From Verrucomicrobiia bacterium (GTDB taxonomy: Bacteria > Verrucomicrobiota > Verrucomicrobiia > Limisphaerales > UBA1319), in contig OY760937.1 of NCBI GenBank assembly GCA_963664225.1, positions 4,096,001 to 4,160,000 of the forward strand: a DNA stretch of 64,000 bases, read 5' to 3'. Every line of letters begins with the position of its first letter. The stretch's first letter is position 1. Positions 36,465 through 46,970 of the stretch are shown here, in pieces. Made by a program: the position numbers and the translations under genes. Under the pieces are notes generated by a model. The model had not been told where the DNA came from and did not search any database. It was given only the letters and a program-made list of their open reading frames with translations.

Positions 36465-37985
36465 ATGTTGTTAAGTCAGATCATAGCGCAAGTCAAGACC
36501 TTGCATGTGGAGGGGGCATTGGACCGCGAGGTCACGGGGATCACTTATGATTCGCGGCGGGTGACCCCGGGGATGCTCTTTGTGGCGGTGCCCGGCCAGC
36601 ATGTCGATGGGCACGATTATGTGCTGAACGCGGTCGATCGGGGCGCGGTGGCGGTGATTTGCCAGCGCAACGGATTCATCCAGCAGCGGGCCACGAAGAT
36701 CATGGTGGCCGATGCCCGGGAGGCGCTGGCGCAAGTGGCGGCGGCGTTTTACCAGTATCCGGCGGGGAAACTGAAAATGATCGGGATCACGGGCACGAAT
36801 GGGAAGACCACGGTGGCGTTCATGATCAAGCATGTGCTGGAGAGTGCCGGGGTGACGACCGGGCTGCTGGGCACCATTCGTTATGAGATCGGGGAAAGGG
36901 TGATTCCGGCGCAGCGCACAACGCCTGAGTCGCTGGATATTCATCAGATGCTTGCGCACATGGTCCGGTCGGGCTGCAAGGCGTGCGTGATGGAGGTCAG
37001 TTCGCATGCGCTCGAGCAGAAACGGGTGTTCGGACTGGATTTCGATGTTTCGATTTTCACGAACCTGACTCAGGACCACCTGGATTATCACGGCGACATG
37101 GAGTCGTATTACATGGCCAAGAAGAAACTCTTCAGCGGCGATGCCGGGGCGTCCCCGGGCAAGTCCAAGGCGTCGGTGATCAATATCGACGATACGTTTG
37201 GGGCGCGGCTGGCGGCGGAGACCGATGCGCAGGTTCGGGTGGAATACGGGATTGAGAAGGAGGCGGCTGTTCGAGCCACACAAATTCAACTGCGGGCGGA
37301 CTGCACTCAGATGACCGTTGGAACGCCGAAGCAGAACTTTACCTGCAAGCTGCCGTTGATCGGTCGTCACAATGTCTATAACGCTCTGGCGGCCGTGGGG
37401 GCGAGCCTGGCGCTGGATGTGGCGCCGAGCGTGATTCAGAAGGCGCTGAGTTCAGTCCCGGCGGTGCCCGGACGCCTGGAGCGGATTGTGTGCGGGCAGC
37501 CGTTTGTGGTGCTGGTGGATTACGCGCACACGGATGACGCGTTGCGCAACGTGCTGACGACATTGCGCGAGATCACCAAGGGGCGGCTGTTGCTGGTGTT
37601 TGGTTGCGGCGGCAGCAGGGACAAGGGCAAACGGCCCAAGATGGGGCGTGTGGCGGCGGAATTGGCGGATGTTGCGGTGATCACGAGCGATAATCCGCGC
37701 AAGGAATCGGCGGCGGATATCGCCAGCCAGATTCAAGCGGGCTACCACGCCGTTCACGGAACAGATTGCCAGATTGAATTGGACCGTCGCCGCGCGATCG
37801 ACGAGGTCATCCGCATGGCCCAGCCTGGCGACACAGTGCTGATTGCGGGCAAGGGGCATGAGACTTACCAGGAATTTGAGGATACGGTGGTGCCCTTCGA
37901 TGACCGCGCGCATGCGGAGGAAACCTTGGAGGCGCTGGGATTCAGCAGCGCGCGCGGACGCAAGCAGACCACCGGCAGCCGTTGA
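36465..37985 (+). CDS. murE: UDP-MurNAc-tripeptide synthetase, meso-DAP type
   Basis: GTNGKTT, VDYAHT, DNPR specificity motif, AGKGHE. Confidence 0.96.
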   Translation: MLLSQIIAQVKTLHVEGALDREVTGITYDSRRVTPGMLFVAVPGQHVDGHDYVLNAVDRGAVAVICQRNGFIQQRATKIMVADAREALAQVAAAFYQYPAGKLKMIGITGTNGKTTVAFMIKHVLESAGVTTGLLGTIRYEIGERVIPAQRTTPESLDIHQMLAHMVRSGCKACVMEVSSHALEQKRVFGLDFDVSIFTNLTQDHLDYHGDMESYYMAKKKLFSGDAGASPGKSKASVINIDDTFGARLAAETDAQVRVEYGIEKEAAVRATQIQLRADCTQMTVGTPKQNFTCKLPLIGRHNVYNALAAVGASLALDVAPSVIQKALSSVPAVPGRLERIVCGQPFVVLVDYAHTDDALRNVLTTLREITKGRLLLVFGCGGSRDKGKRPKMGRVAAELADVAVITSDNPRKESAADIASQIQAGYHAVHGTDCQIELDRRRAIDEVIRMAQPGDTVLIAGKGHETYQEFEDTVVPFDDRAHAEETLEALGFSSARGRKQTTGSR

Positions 37986-38022
37986 TTCGATTCGGCAGAT
38001 TTCCGATTTTCATTGACCCATT

Positions 38023-39426
38023 GTGGAGGAACGCCCGCTTTCATTTTTTGTCAAGGCCTGCCAGGGGGAGCTGGTTGGAGCGCAGCCTGAAACCGTCGTG
38101 CGCCGGGTGAGCACGGATTCCAGGTCTGTTCAGGCGGGGGATTTGTTTGTGGCGATCCCCGGAGATCGTTTTGACGGGCATGGTTACGTGGCGCAGGCGC
38201 TTGCGCAAGGGGCGGTTTGCGCGGTGGTGGAACGCCGCGCGCTGGGGCAGTGGCCGGGGATGGCGGCGGCGAATCTTCTGGTGGTTGAGAAAACCCGCCA
38301 GGCCCTCGGCCTGATGGCGGCGGAATACCGGCTCGGATTCGAGTTGCCGGTGGTGGCCGTGGGCGGGTCCAACGGCAAGACCACGACCAAGGAATTGCTG
38401 GCGTCGGTGTTGCGGCAGAGGTGGAGCGTGCTGTGGAGCGAGGCGAGTTTCAATAATGAGATAGGGGTGCCGGTGACCTTGTTGAAATTGGAACGGGCGC
38501 ATGGGGCGGCGGTATTGGAAGCGGGAACCAATCATCCCGGGGAACTGGCGCCATTGCTGCGCATGATCCAGCCGCGATACGGTGTTCTGACCAGCATAGG
38601 CCGGGAACATCTGGAATTTTTCGGGGATCTGGATGGGGTGGCTCTCGAAGAGGGCTGGGTGGGCGAAGCGCTTCCGGCGGACGGGACGCTGTTCATCAAT
38701 GGAGATTGCGCCGGGGTGGAGCCCATATTGAAGAGAACGCGTGCGGCGATCACGCGGATTGGTTTTAACGCGGGAAACGACTGGTGTGTGCGGGGTTTGA
38801 AAATGGACGCCGCAGGGGTGGTGTTTCATCTGGATGCGCCGGACGCGCAATGGACCGGTGAGTATTTCGTGCCGTTGCCGGGGCGGCACCAGGCGACCAA
38901 TGCGGCGCTGGCCATCGCGGTTGCGGCGCTTCTGGGACTGACGCGGGAGCAAATCCAGCGTGGTTTGACGGCCTGTCCGCCGCCAAAGATGCGGATGCAG
39001 GTTCGGGAGTGGGATGGGGTGAAGATTTTGGACGATGCTTATAACGCCAACGCCGATTCGATGGTTGCGGCGCTGCATACGCTTGGCGACATGGAGTGCT
39101 CCGGGCGACGGGTGGCGGTGCTGGGGGATATGGCGGAACTGGGCCCACATAGCCGGGCGGCGCATGTGGAGATTGGCCGGGTGGCCGGGGAATGCCGTTT
39201 GGACGCGGTGATTGCGGTGGGTCAGTGGGCTGGGATCGTGACGGCGGAGGCGGGGCGGGCGGGGGTGGGAACGACCATGGCGCTGCAAACGGTGGAAGAG
39301 GCGGGGGCTGCAGCCAAAGAGTTTGCGCGATCCGGCGATCTGGTTTTGTTCAAGGCTTCGCGGGCCCTGCGGATGGAGCGCGCGTCGGCGTTTCTGAATT
39401 CGAACAGCGGGTTGGAGGGGCATTGA
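38023..39426 (+). CDS. murF: UDP-MurNAc-pentapeptide synthetase
   Basis: GSNGKTTTKE, FNNEIG, DAYNAN, GDMAELG, KASR. Confidence 0.95.
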   Translation: MEERPLSFFVKACQGELVGAQPETVVRRVSTDSRSVQAGDLFVAIPGDRFDGHGYVAQALAQGAVCAVVERRALGQWPGMAAANLLVVEKTRQALGLMAAEYRLGFELPVVAVGGSNGKTTTKELLASVLRQRWSVLWSEASFNNEIGVPVTLLKLERAHGAAVLEAGTNHPGELAPLLRMIQPRYGVLTSIGREHLEFFGDLDGVALEEGWVGEALPADGTLFINGDCAGVEPILKRTRAAITRIGFNAGNDWCVRGLKMDAAGVVFHLDAPDAQWTGEYFVPLPGRHQATNAALAIAVAALLGLTREQIQRGLTACPPPKMRMQVREWDGVKILDDAYNANADSMVAALHTLGDMECSGRRVAVLGDMAELGPHSRAAHVEIGRVAGECRLDAVIAVGQWAGIVTAEAGRAGVGTTMALQTVEEAGAAAKEFARSGDLVLFKASRALRMERASAFLNSNSGLEGH

Positions 39427-39524
39427 GCTCACTGAACCGGCGATGCATGGAGTTTGAAGAGCGCCCGAGAAGAATTTTTATGGGTTATACTGGAGTGTTA
39501 CTTTCATAGTCAGCGAGACCGGGT

Positions 39525-40673
39525 GTGTTTTATTATTTAAGCCAGTTTTTGTTGGAGCAGTATGCCGGGACGGAGTGGGCGGAGTATCTGGGACCGCTGC
39601 GGATGTTCAAGTACATCGCGTTTCGTTGCGCGGCGGCGGCCGTGACGGCGCTGCTGATGAGTTGGTGGCTGGGGCCCAAAGTCATCCGCTGGCTCACTCG
39701 GCTGAAACTCGGCCAGGAATACAAGGACAAGGCCGCCGAGGCGGGAGGTCTGTCCGCGCGCATTCTTGAGAAAAAGGGAACGCCCACCATGGGCGGAGTG
39801 TTGATTGTGCTGGTGCTGGACACCGTGGCGCTGATGTGGGCTCAATGGAATGCGCTGTTGATTTTGACCCTGCTTTCCGTGGTGGTGCTTACCGGCCTGG
39901 GTTTTTACGATGATTTCATGAAGATCACGCGCCAAAACAACAGGGGCGTGACCTCGGCCGTGAAGATGTTTGTGCAGTTTCTGCTGGCGGGGATCATCGC
40001 AGTCTATTTGTGGCATGTGCCAGCAACCAGCAATCTGATCACAGACATCATGGTGCCGTTTTACAAATATCCGGTGTTGACGGGCGCCGCGGGGGTGGGT
40101 CTGGTCATCACGGTTTTGAGCATCGTGGGAAGCTCCAATGCGGTGAATCTGACCGATGGACTGGACGGTCTGGCGATTGGATGCACGCTGATAGTGTCGT
40201 TCGTGTTTCTGGTGCTGACCTATGTGGCGGGCAACGAGAAGGTCGCGGGTTACCTGCTTGTGCCTTATGTTCCGGGGGCGGGGGAATTGACGGTGTTTTG
40301 CTCGGCAATGATTGGGGCGGGGCTGGGTTTTTTGTGGTTCAACTGCCATCCGGCGCAGGTGTTCATGGGGGACACGGGATCGCTGGCGCTGGGGGGCGCG
40401 TTGGGGATCATGGCAGTTCTGATCCATCAGCCACTGGTGCTGGTGATTGCGGGGGGAGTGTTTGTGGCGGAGGCGGCTTCGGTGATGATGCAAACGGGCT
40501 GGTTCAAGTTCACCCGGTGGCGGTATGGGGAGGGTCGGCGTATTTTTTTGATGGCCCCGCTGCATCATCATTTTGAGAAAATGGGCTGGTATGAGAGTCA
40601 GGTCGTGACGCGTTTTTACATCTTGTGCATCCTGTGCGCCGTCGTAGCCTTGAGCACTTTAAAAATCAGATGA
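39525..40673 (+). CDS. mraY: Phospho-MurNAc-pentapeptide transferase
   Basis: KKGTPTMGG, NAVNLTDGLDG, FMGDTGS, APLHHHFE. Confidence 0.97.
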   Translation: MFYYLSQFLLEQYAGTEWAEYLGPLRMFKYIAFRCAAAAVTALLMSWWLGPKVIRWLTRLKLGQEYKDKAAEAGGLSARILEKKGTPTMGGVLIVLVLDTVALMWAQWNALLILTLLSVVVLTGLGFYDDFMKITRQNNRGVTSAVKMFVQFLLAGIIAVYLWHVPATSNLITDIMVPFYKYPVLTGAAGVGLVITVLSIVGSSNAVNLTDGLDGLAIGCTLIVSFVFLVLTYVAGNEKVAGYLLVPYVPGAGELTVFCSAMIGAGLGFLWFNCHPAQVFMGDTGSLALGGALGIMAVLIHQPLVLVIAGGVFVAEAASVMMQTGWFKFTRWRYGEGRRIFLMAPLHHHFEKMGWYESQVVTRFYILCILCAVVALSTLKIR

Positions 40674-42133
40674 GCACAGAAGTTCAAAATGAGACGCAGG
40701 GGCCTATGAGCCTATGGAAGCAACGCCGGGTGTTGGTGCTGGGGTTGGGTGCGAGCGGGGTGGCGGCGACGGAGTTGCTGTTGCGCGCGGGAGCGCGTGT
40801 GACGGTGGCGGATCGCGGGAATAATCCCGGTCTCGAAACGCATGCGCAGGCTTTGCGCGGGCGGGGCGCGGAGGTGACTCTGGGGGGTGGCGAGCTGGCA
40901 CCGGACGGAATTTTTGACCTTTGTGTGGTGAGCCCGGGGGTGCCATGCGCGGGGCCGTGGGTGACGGCATTGCGCCAGCGCGGGGTGCCGATCATCGGCG
41001 AATTGGAGTTGGGATATCAATTTTCCTTGTGTCCCAGTATTGCGATCACGGGGACGAATGGAAAAACCACGACAACCGAATTAATCGAGCGGATTCTTTT
41101 GCACACGAACCGCAAGGCGGTGGCCGCAGGGAATATTGGTCTGCCGTTAAGCCAGGTGGCGGAGAAAACGAAGGATTTGGACATACTGGCCCTGGAAGTC
41201 AGTTCGTTCCAATTGGAGACGATTGAATTTTTCCGGCCCACGGTGGCGATTTTGTTGAACATCACACCGGATCACCTGGATCGGTATCCGAGCATGGTGG
41301 AATATACGCGGGCCAAGGCGCGTATCTTCATGAACCAGCAGAGTTTCGACTGGGCGATCATTCAGAAGGAGGCGCTTAACCAGTTGGAGGCGTTGGGAAT
41401 CGAGGTGCCTTCCAAGGTCATCACGTTTAGTGCGAACGATCCCACTGCGGACATCACGCTGGACCGGGGGTTGCTGATCAGCAGGATACCGGATTGGGCC
41501 GGGCCGCTGATGGACATGGACCAGGCGAAATTGCGCGGACCGCATAACGCGGAGAATTTGATGGCGGCCCTGGCGGCGGGGCGCGTCATGCGTCTGCCCC
41601 TGGCGGAAGTGGCGTCGGCGCTGCGCAGTTACACACCGGCGCGGCATCGGTGCGAGCTGGTGGCCGAGGTGGGAGGGGTGAAATTCATAAACGATTCCAA
41701 GGCAACGAACGTGGACGCGGTGCAGAAGGCGCTTTTGACGATACAACGGGCGCCTGCGGACAAGCCGAATATCTGGCTGATTGCCGGGGGCAAAGATAAG
41801 GGGTTCAGCTATCACGAATTGGGGCCGTATCTGGCGCAACGAGTCAAGGGGGCTTTTCTGATCGGGGAGACCCGGGAGCAGATTCGGGCGGCCTGGAGCC
41901 TCTTTACCCCTTGCACCCTGATGAATTCGCTGTTAGAAGCTGTGAATGAAGCGGCCCGCCAGGCTCAGCCAGGCGAGGTTGTCCTGCTTTCACCGGCGTG
42001 CTCCAGCTTTGACATGTTTCAAAACTACCAGCACCGGGGGGAAGTGTTTCGTGAGGTGGTCCACGCATGGGCCGCCGCCCATGGGGGCGTTCCGGGCGAT
42101 GTCGCCCGGCAGGATGAAAAGAAGATAAACTGA
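40670..42133 (+). CDS. murD: UDP-MurNAc-L-Ala:D-Glu ligase
   Basis: GTNGKTTT, LEVSSFQL, NDSKATN, SPACSSFD. Confidence 0.96.
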   Translation: MSTEVQNETQGPMSLWKQRRVLVLGLGASGVAATELLLRAGARVTVADRGNNPGLETHAQALRGRGAEVTLGGGELAPDGIFDLCVVSPGVPCAGPWVTALRQRGVPIIGELELGYQFSLCPSIAITGTNGKTTTTELIERILLHTNRKAVAAGNIGLPLSQVAEKTKDLDILALEVSSFQLETIEFFRPTVAILLNITPDHLDRYPSMVEYTRAKARIFMNQQSFDWAIIQKEALNQLEALGIEVPSKVITFSANDPTADITLDRGLLISRIPDWAGPLMDMDQAKLRGPHNAENLMAALAAGRVMRLPLAEVASALRSYTPARHRCELVAEVGGVKFINDSKATNVDAVQKALLTIQRAPADKPNIWLIAGGKDKGFSYHELGPYLAQRVKGAFLIGETREQIRAAWSLFTPCTLMNSLLEAVNEAARQAQPGEVVLLSPACSSFDMFQNYQHRGEVFREVVHAWAAAHGGVPGDVARQDEKKIN

Positions 42134-42232
42134 AGCATAGAATTTGATTTTAGGGACGCCGGGGTTCCGACGGCCTTAGAGAATGACCCAGCAACAAAAA
42201 CACATAACACGCCACTTGTGGCGCACTGAAGA

Positions 42233-43099
42233 ATGAATACTCCGAATCCGCTAGTTCCGAAGGGCTCGCTCCTTGAGCAGCAAAAGTCCAAAGGCAAGTC
42301 CAATTTGTTCATCGCCGTTTTCACCATCCTGGCGATCCACGTCATTTTATTCGCCGGCCTGTTGATGCAGGGCTGCCGACCAGCCAAACCTGAAAGCCAG
42401 AGTCTGGAATCCGCTTTGACCAATACGGTTCCAGCCGAGCCGGTCGTTTCGACCAACCCGGCGGTTCCTGTGCCGTCCACCAACGACTATTACGCCGTGG
42501 CGCCGACCAGCGCGCCTCCGGTGAACCCCGGCGCGTTGATGGCTCCCCTGACCAACACGGGCGCAGCCGCGTCCATTGGAATTGCCGACACGACCGCGCT
42601 GGGTGGCGAAGCCAAGAGCTACAAGGTGGCCCCGAACGATTCATTCTATAAGATTGCCAAGGCCCAGGGAATTTCCATCAGCGCCCTGGCCCAGGCCAAT
42701 CCGGGCGTGGATTCGCGCAAGCTCAAAGTGGGGCAAACCCTTCAGGTTCCCGCGCCGGTAGCCAAGACTGAGGTCGCCGCCGCCAGTGCCTCCGCCACAG
42801 GAACGGCGACCGAGGCCGCTGTGAAGCCTGCGGCTTCCAAGACCTACATCGTGAAGGCGGGCGACACCATGACCAAGGTGGCCAAAGCGCACGGAGTAAA
42901 AGTCAAAACGCTGCGGGATGCCAACAAACTCAAGAGCGACCGTCTGGTGGTGGGGCAGAAGTTGAAAATTCCCGCCCACAAGACCGACGCGGCCGCTGCT
43001 CCGGCCGCCGCAGCGCCTGCTGCTGCGCCGGTGGAATCGGCGACCGCACCGATGCCGCTGGCCCCGGCGCCTCTGGCTCCTTTGACGAACCGGATGTAA
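42233..43099 (+). CDS. Membrane-anchored protein with two LysM domains
   Basis: YKVAPNDSFYKIA..LKVGQTLQVP and YIVKAGDTMTKVA..LVVGQKLKIP. Confidence 0.9.
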   Translation: MNTPNPLVPKGSLLEQQKSKGKSNLFIAVFTILAIHVILFAGLLMQGCRPAKPESQSLESALTNTVPAEPVVSTNPAVPVPSTNDYYAVAPTSAPPVNPGALMAPLTNTGAAASIGIADTTALGGEAKSYKVAPNDSFYKIAKAQGISISALAQANPGVDSRKLKVGQTLQVPAPVAKTEVAAASASATGTATEAAVKPAASKTYIVKAGDTMTKVAKAHGVKVKTLRDANKLKSDRLVVGQKLKIPAHKTDAAAAPAAAAPAAAPVESATAPMPLAPAPLAPLTNRM

Positions 43100-43139
43100 A
43101 GAGGGCCGGCCTCCAAGAAACAAATTTGTTCTGGGTATA

Positions 43140-43174
43140 AACGCCAGGAGCGCTGTTCAAGCGCTCCTGGCGTT
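43140..43174. other. Strong intergenic hairpin after the LysM gene
   Basis: AACGCCAGGAGCGCT / AGCGCTCCTGGCGTT 15-bp stem with no U-tract. Confidence 0.7.
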
Positions 43175-43254
43175 GCCGCTTGTCAGACTTCCATGACCCC
43201 GGCTGGCGACTTTCAAGTTGACCGGCCATTCAAGAATCCTCTTCGACTACCTAT

Positions 43255-44385
43255 ATGAAATGGACATTGACCATTTTGGGCTGGTGCGTGGCCGCGCTAC
43301 TTGCCTTGGGGATCGTGATGTTGTTCAGCGCGATGATGGGGCCGGCACAGAAGGAGGGAAATCTCCTGATCAAACAACTGGCCTTTTGCGGCGTTGGCCT
43401 GGTGATGTTTGTGGTGATGATGCTCATCGATTACAGGGCGCTGCGTCCGTTTGTCTGGATCGTGCTGATGGTCTCGATGGTGCTGCTGGCTTTAGTGCTG
43501 GTGCCCGGGATCGGCATAAAAGTATGGGGAGCGAAGCGCTGGCTGCCGTTGGGGCCGGTTCGGATTCAGCCCTCGGAGTTTGCAAAACTGGCGTTCATCC
43601 TGGTGCTGGCGCATTACGGGGCGGCAAACCGCGCGCGAATGTCCACGCTGAAATGGGGGTTGATGGTGCCGCTGCTGATACTGGCCAGTGTGATTGGGCT
43701 GATCTTCAAAGAGCCGGATTGGGGGACCACGTTCCTACTTGTGGCGGTGTGCATGGCGATGCTGGTGCTGGCGGGTTCGCGCTTGATTTACCTGGCTCCG
43801 CTGGTTCCGGTGGGCATCGCGATCGTTTATTTCATGGTGTTGCATGACCCAGTGCGTCTGGCCCGGGTGAAGGCCTACATGGACCAGGAGGGCAGCAAGC
43901 AAGGAACGGGTTATCAGGCGTATCAGGCGAAAATCGCCCTGGGGGCGGGTGGATGGGATGGATTGGGATTGGGCAACGGTCGCCAGAAGATGGGTTTTGT
44001 TCCCATGAATCACACGGATTTCATATTATCGGTGATTGGTGAGGAGGTCGGGTTGCAGGTGACCCTGGGCATCGTGGCTGCATACATCCTGGTGGTTTTT
44101 TGCGGCGCCTTCATAGCCTGGAACGCATCGGATTCCTTTGGATTTCTTCTGGCATCGGGATTGACGTTTATGATCGGATTTCAGGCCTTCATCAATATTG
44201 GCGTGGTGACGAGCGTGCTTCCCAACAAAGGCATGGGGCTGCCGTTCATCAGTTACGGAGGATCGAATCTTGTCCTGTTGCTGATGTCCATCGGGCTGCT
44301 TTTCAGCATTGCGCGCAGATCCGGCGAAGCAGGGGACGAGTCCGACGGATTTGGCGAGCCTTCCACGGGGACGGTACCCTTCTGA
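43255..44385 (+). CDS. ftsW: SEDS peptidoglycan polymerase
   Basis: GAKRW, IQPSEFAK, HTDFI, GLPFISYGGS. Confidence 0.95.
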   Translation: MKWTLTILGWCVAALLALGIVMLFSAMMGPAQKEGNLLIKQLAFCGVGLVMFVVMMLIDYRALRPFVWIVLMVSMVLLALVLVPGIGIKVWGAKRWLPLGPVRIQPSEFAKLAFILVLAHYGAANRARMSTLKWGLMVPLLILASVIGLIFKEPDWGTTFLLVAVCMAMLVLAGSRLIYLAPLVPVGIAIVYFMVLHDPVRLARVKAYMDQEGSKQGTGYQAYQAKIALGAGGWDGLGLGNGRQKMGFVPMNHTDFILSVIGEEVGLQVTLGIVAAYILVVFCGAFIAWNASDSFGFLLASGLTFMIGFQAFINIGVVTSVLPNKGMGLPFISYGGSNLVLLLMSIGLLFSIARRSGEAGDESDGFGEPSTGTVPF

Positions 44386-45518
44386 TGAGCGAAGCAATGA
44401 GTCATACCGTTTATATCGCGTGCGGCGGCACGGGGGGACACTTGTATCCGGGCATGGCCGTGGCCGAGGAATTGCAGGAGGCGGGCTGCGATGTGACGTT
44501 GCTGATCTCGCCCAAGGAAGTCGATCAATCCGCGGCCCGCTCCAATCCGCATCTCCAGTTTGCCACGCTGCCGGCCGTTGGCCTGGTGTCGATGAATTTG
44601 CCGGGATTCTTAAAGGGATTCTGGCAATCGTATTGCACGGCCAAGAGGCTGTTCGCGGCCAAACCGCCCCGGGCGGTGGTGGCGATGGGCGGGTTCACAA
44701 GCGCGCCGCCGGTCCTGGCCGCGCGGAGGTATGGCGCGGCGAGTTTCCTGCATGAAGCCAATTCGATTCCCGGACGCGCAAATCGGTGGCTGGCGCCCTG
44801 GGTGAACGAGGTGTTTGTGCATTTTCCGACGGCGGGCGGGCGCTTTCGCGGAAGGCATGTGACGGTGGCCGGGATGCCTGTGCGGCCGCAATTCCAGCCG
44901 ATGGACGCTGAATCGTGCCGGGTGACGTTGGGCCTGGACGGGCGTTCCCCGATGCTGCTGGTGATGGGGGGCAGCCAGGGGGCGTCGGCGATCAACGATT
45001 TGATGGCGCGGTCGATCCCCCTTCTGGCAAAGCGTTTTCCACAGGTCCAATACCTGCACCTGACGGGTCCAAAGGACGAAGAGCGGATGCGAACCATTTA
45101 CGGGGCGCACAAGCGTCGCGCGGTGGTGCGTCCGTTTTTGACGGAGATGGAACTGGCGATGAACGCGGCGACGGCGGCGGTGAGCCGTGCGGGGGCGTCC
45201 TCGCTGGCGGAACTGGCGGTGCTGCGATTGCCGGCGGTGCTGATTCCTTATCCGATTGCGGCGGACAACCATCAGTTCCATAACGCGATGCAATTTGTGG
45301 AAACGGGCGCGGCGCGCATGATGGGGCAATCGATTGCGACCCCGGAACTTCTGGCGGAGGCCCTGGAAACGCTGCTTATGGATGAGGGTGCCCGAGAGCC
45401 CATGCGTGAGGCGCTGGGTCGCTGGCAAAAGCCGCAGGCCGCGCGGGAGGTGGCGGGGCGGGTGTGGTCGGCCATGACGGGTCAGGAATTGCCCGCGAAA
45501 CGCGAGTTGGAGAATTGA
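44385..45518 (+). CDS. murG: Lipid II GlcNAc transferase
   Basis: GGTGGHLYPG, HEANSIPGRAN, GGSQGA, RAGASSLAE. Confidence 0.96.
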   Translation: MSEAMSHTVYIACGGTGGHLYPGMAVAEELQEAGCDVTLLISPKEVDQSAARSNPHLQFATLPAVGLVSMNLPGFLKGFWQSYCTAKRLFAAKPPRAVVAMGGFTSAPPVLAARRYGAASFLHEANSIPGRANRWLAPWVNEVFVHFPTAGGRFRGRHVTVAGMPVRPQFQPMDAESCRVTLGLDGRSPMLLVMGGSQGASAINDLMARSIPLLAKRFPQVQYLHLTGPKDEERMRTIYGAHKRRAVVRPFLTEMELAMNAATAAVSRAGASSLAELAVLRLPAVLIPYPIAADNHQFHNAMQFVETGAARMMGQSIATPELLAEALETLLMDEGAREPMREALGRWQKPQAAREVAGRVWSAMTGQELPAKRELEN

Positions 45519-45530
45519 TCGGCGCAAAGG

Positions 45531-46970
45531 GTGTTTGAAGTGAATTTCGAGGACGGAGTGAATGTTGAAGAAGTGCTGCGCGGGGCGGCACCCGGGGCTG
45601 TCGCCTACTTGGTTGGGGCGGGCGGTTGCGGGGTGAGCGGATTGGGCCACTTGTTGTTGGACGCGGGATTCCGGGTGGCGGGTTCGGATCTGACGCTCAA
45701 CCAGGAGACGCGGGAGTTGGAGGCAAGGGGAGCGGTGATTCATGAAGGGCATGCCGCAAAAAACGTGGTCGAAGCGAAACCGTTTTTGATGGCGTGGTCA
45801 TCGGCGATTCGTCCCGACAATGTGGAATTAATGGAAGCCCGGAAACTGGGTTGTCCGGTGGTTCGGCGGGCGCGGGTGTTATCGGCGTTGATGAACCGGC
45901 GTCGTGGAATTTGTGTGGCGGGCATGCATGGGAAGACGACGACCACCGCGATGCTGGCCTTTGCTCTGGAGGCTTTGGGGGCGAGGCCGAGTTATGCCAT
46001 TGGATCAATGGTGGCCCAACTGAGTCCGCATGCGCGGTTTGCAGGCGCGGAGGATGGTTGGTTTGTGGCGGAGACGGATGAAAGCGACGGTTCGCTCGGT
46101 TGTTTTACGCCCGAGCAGGCGGTTCTCCTGAATCTCGACGAGGAGCATCTGGATCATTTTCCCAACATGGAGGCCATTTGCAAGGAGTTTGGGGACTTTG
46201 CCCGGAAGACGCGTGGGCCGGTTTTTTATTGCGCGGATGACGCGCGGCTGGTCGCGATGTTGGGCGAACGGGCTGACGGAGTGAGTTACGGGTTTAAAGC
46301 CGGGGCGCGCTATCGGGCGTTCATGGGGCAGTCTGGCAAGCGGGGTGAAACCTTGTTCCAAGTCTGGCAAGAAACGCAATATTTGGGCGAGTTTCGGACG
46401 CGGCTGGCGGGCGAAAAAAACGTGTCCAACGCGACGGCCGTGGTGGCGATTTTGCATGAGATGGGGTACGCGCCGGAAAAGATTGCGGCGGCGATCGCCC
46501 CTTTTGACGGCGCCCGGCGACGACAGGAATTGCTCTGGCACGACGGCCAGACGCGGGTTTTCGACGATTACGGGCATCATCCCCGGGAGATTGCGGCGAC
46601 GCTGGCCGCGTTGAAAAGCGCCGGGAGCGGCAGGTTATTGGTGGCCTTTCAACCGCATCGCTATACACGCACACAGCATTTGCAGGAGCAATTTGCGGAA
46701 TGTTTTGGGGCTGCGGACCTGTTGTGGATCACTGGGATTTATGCCGCGAGCGAGAATCCGATTTCCGGGGTGAGCGGCGAGGCGCTGGCCGAAGCGGTGC
46801 GCCAGCACGGCCAGGCAGTGCAATACGCGGCGGATTTGGATGCACTGCGGCGGGCGGTGCGGCAGACGATGAAGCCCGGGGACACGGTGATTTTTCAGGG
46901 CGCGGGAGACATCACACAGGCGGCGCATGAGCTGGCGCGGGAATTGGCTGAACATGGAATCTGTGCGTGA
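45531..46970 (+). CDS. murC: UDP-MurNAc:L-Ala ligase (start uncertain)
   Basis: GAGGCGVSG, GMHGKTTT, ETDESDG, DDYGHHP, FQPHRYTR. Confidence 0.95.
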   Translation: MFEVNFEDGVNVEEVLRGAAPGAVAYLVGAGGCGVSGLGHLLLDAGFRVAGSDLTLNQETRELEARGAVIHEGHAAKNVVEAKPFLMAWSSAIRPDNVELMEARKLGCPVVRRARVLSALMNRRRGICVAGMHGKTTTTAMLAFALEALGARPSYAIGSMVAQLSPHARFAGAEDGWFVAETDESDGSLGCFTPEQAVLLNLDEEHLDHFPNMEAICKEFGDFARKTRGPVFYCADDARLVAMLGERADGVSYGFKAGARYRAFMGQSGKRGETLFQVWQETQYLGEFRTRLAGEKNVSNATAVVAILHEMGYAPEKIAAAIAPFDGARRRQELLWHDGQTRVFDDYGHHPREIAATLAALKSAGSGRLLVAFQPHRYTRTQHLQEQFAECFGAADLLWITGIYAASENPISGVSGEALAEAVRQHGQAVQYAADLDALRRAVRQTMKPGDTVIFQGAGDITQAAHELARELAEHGICA

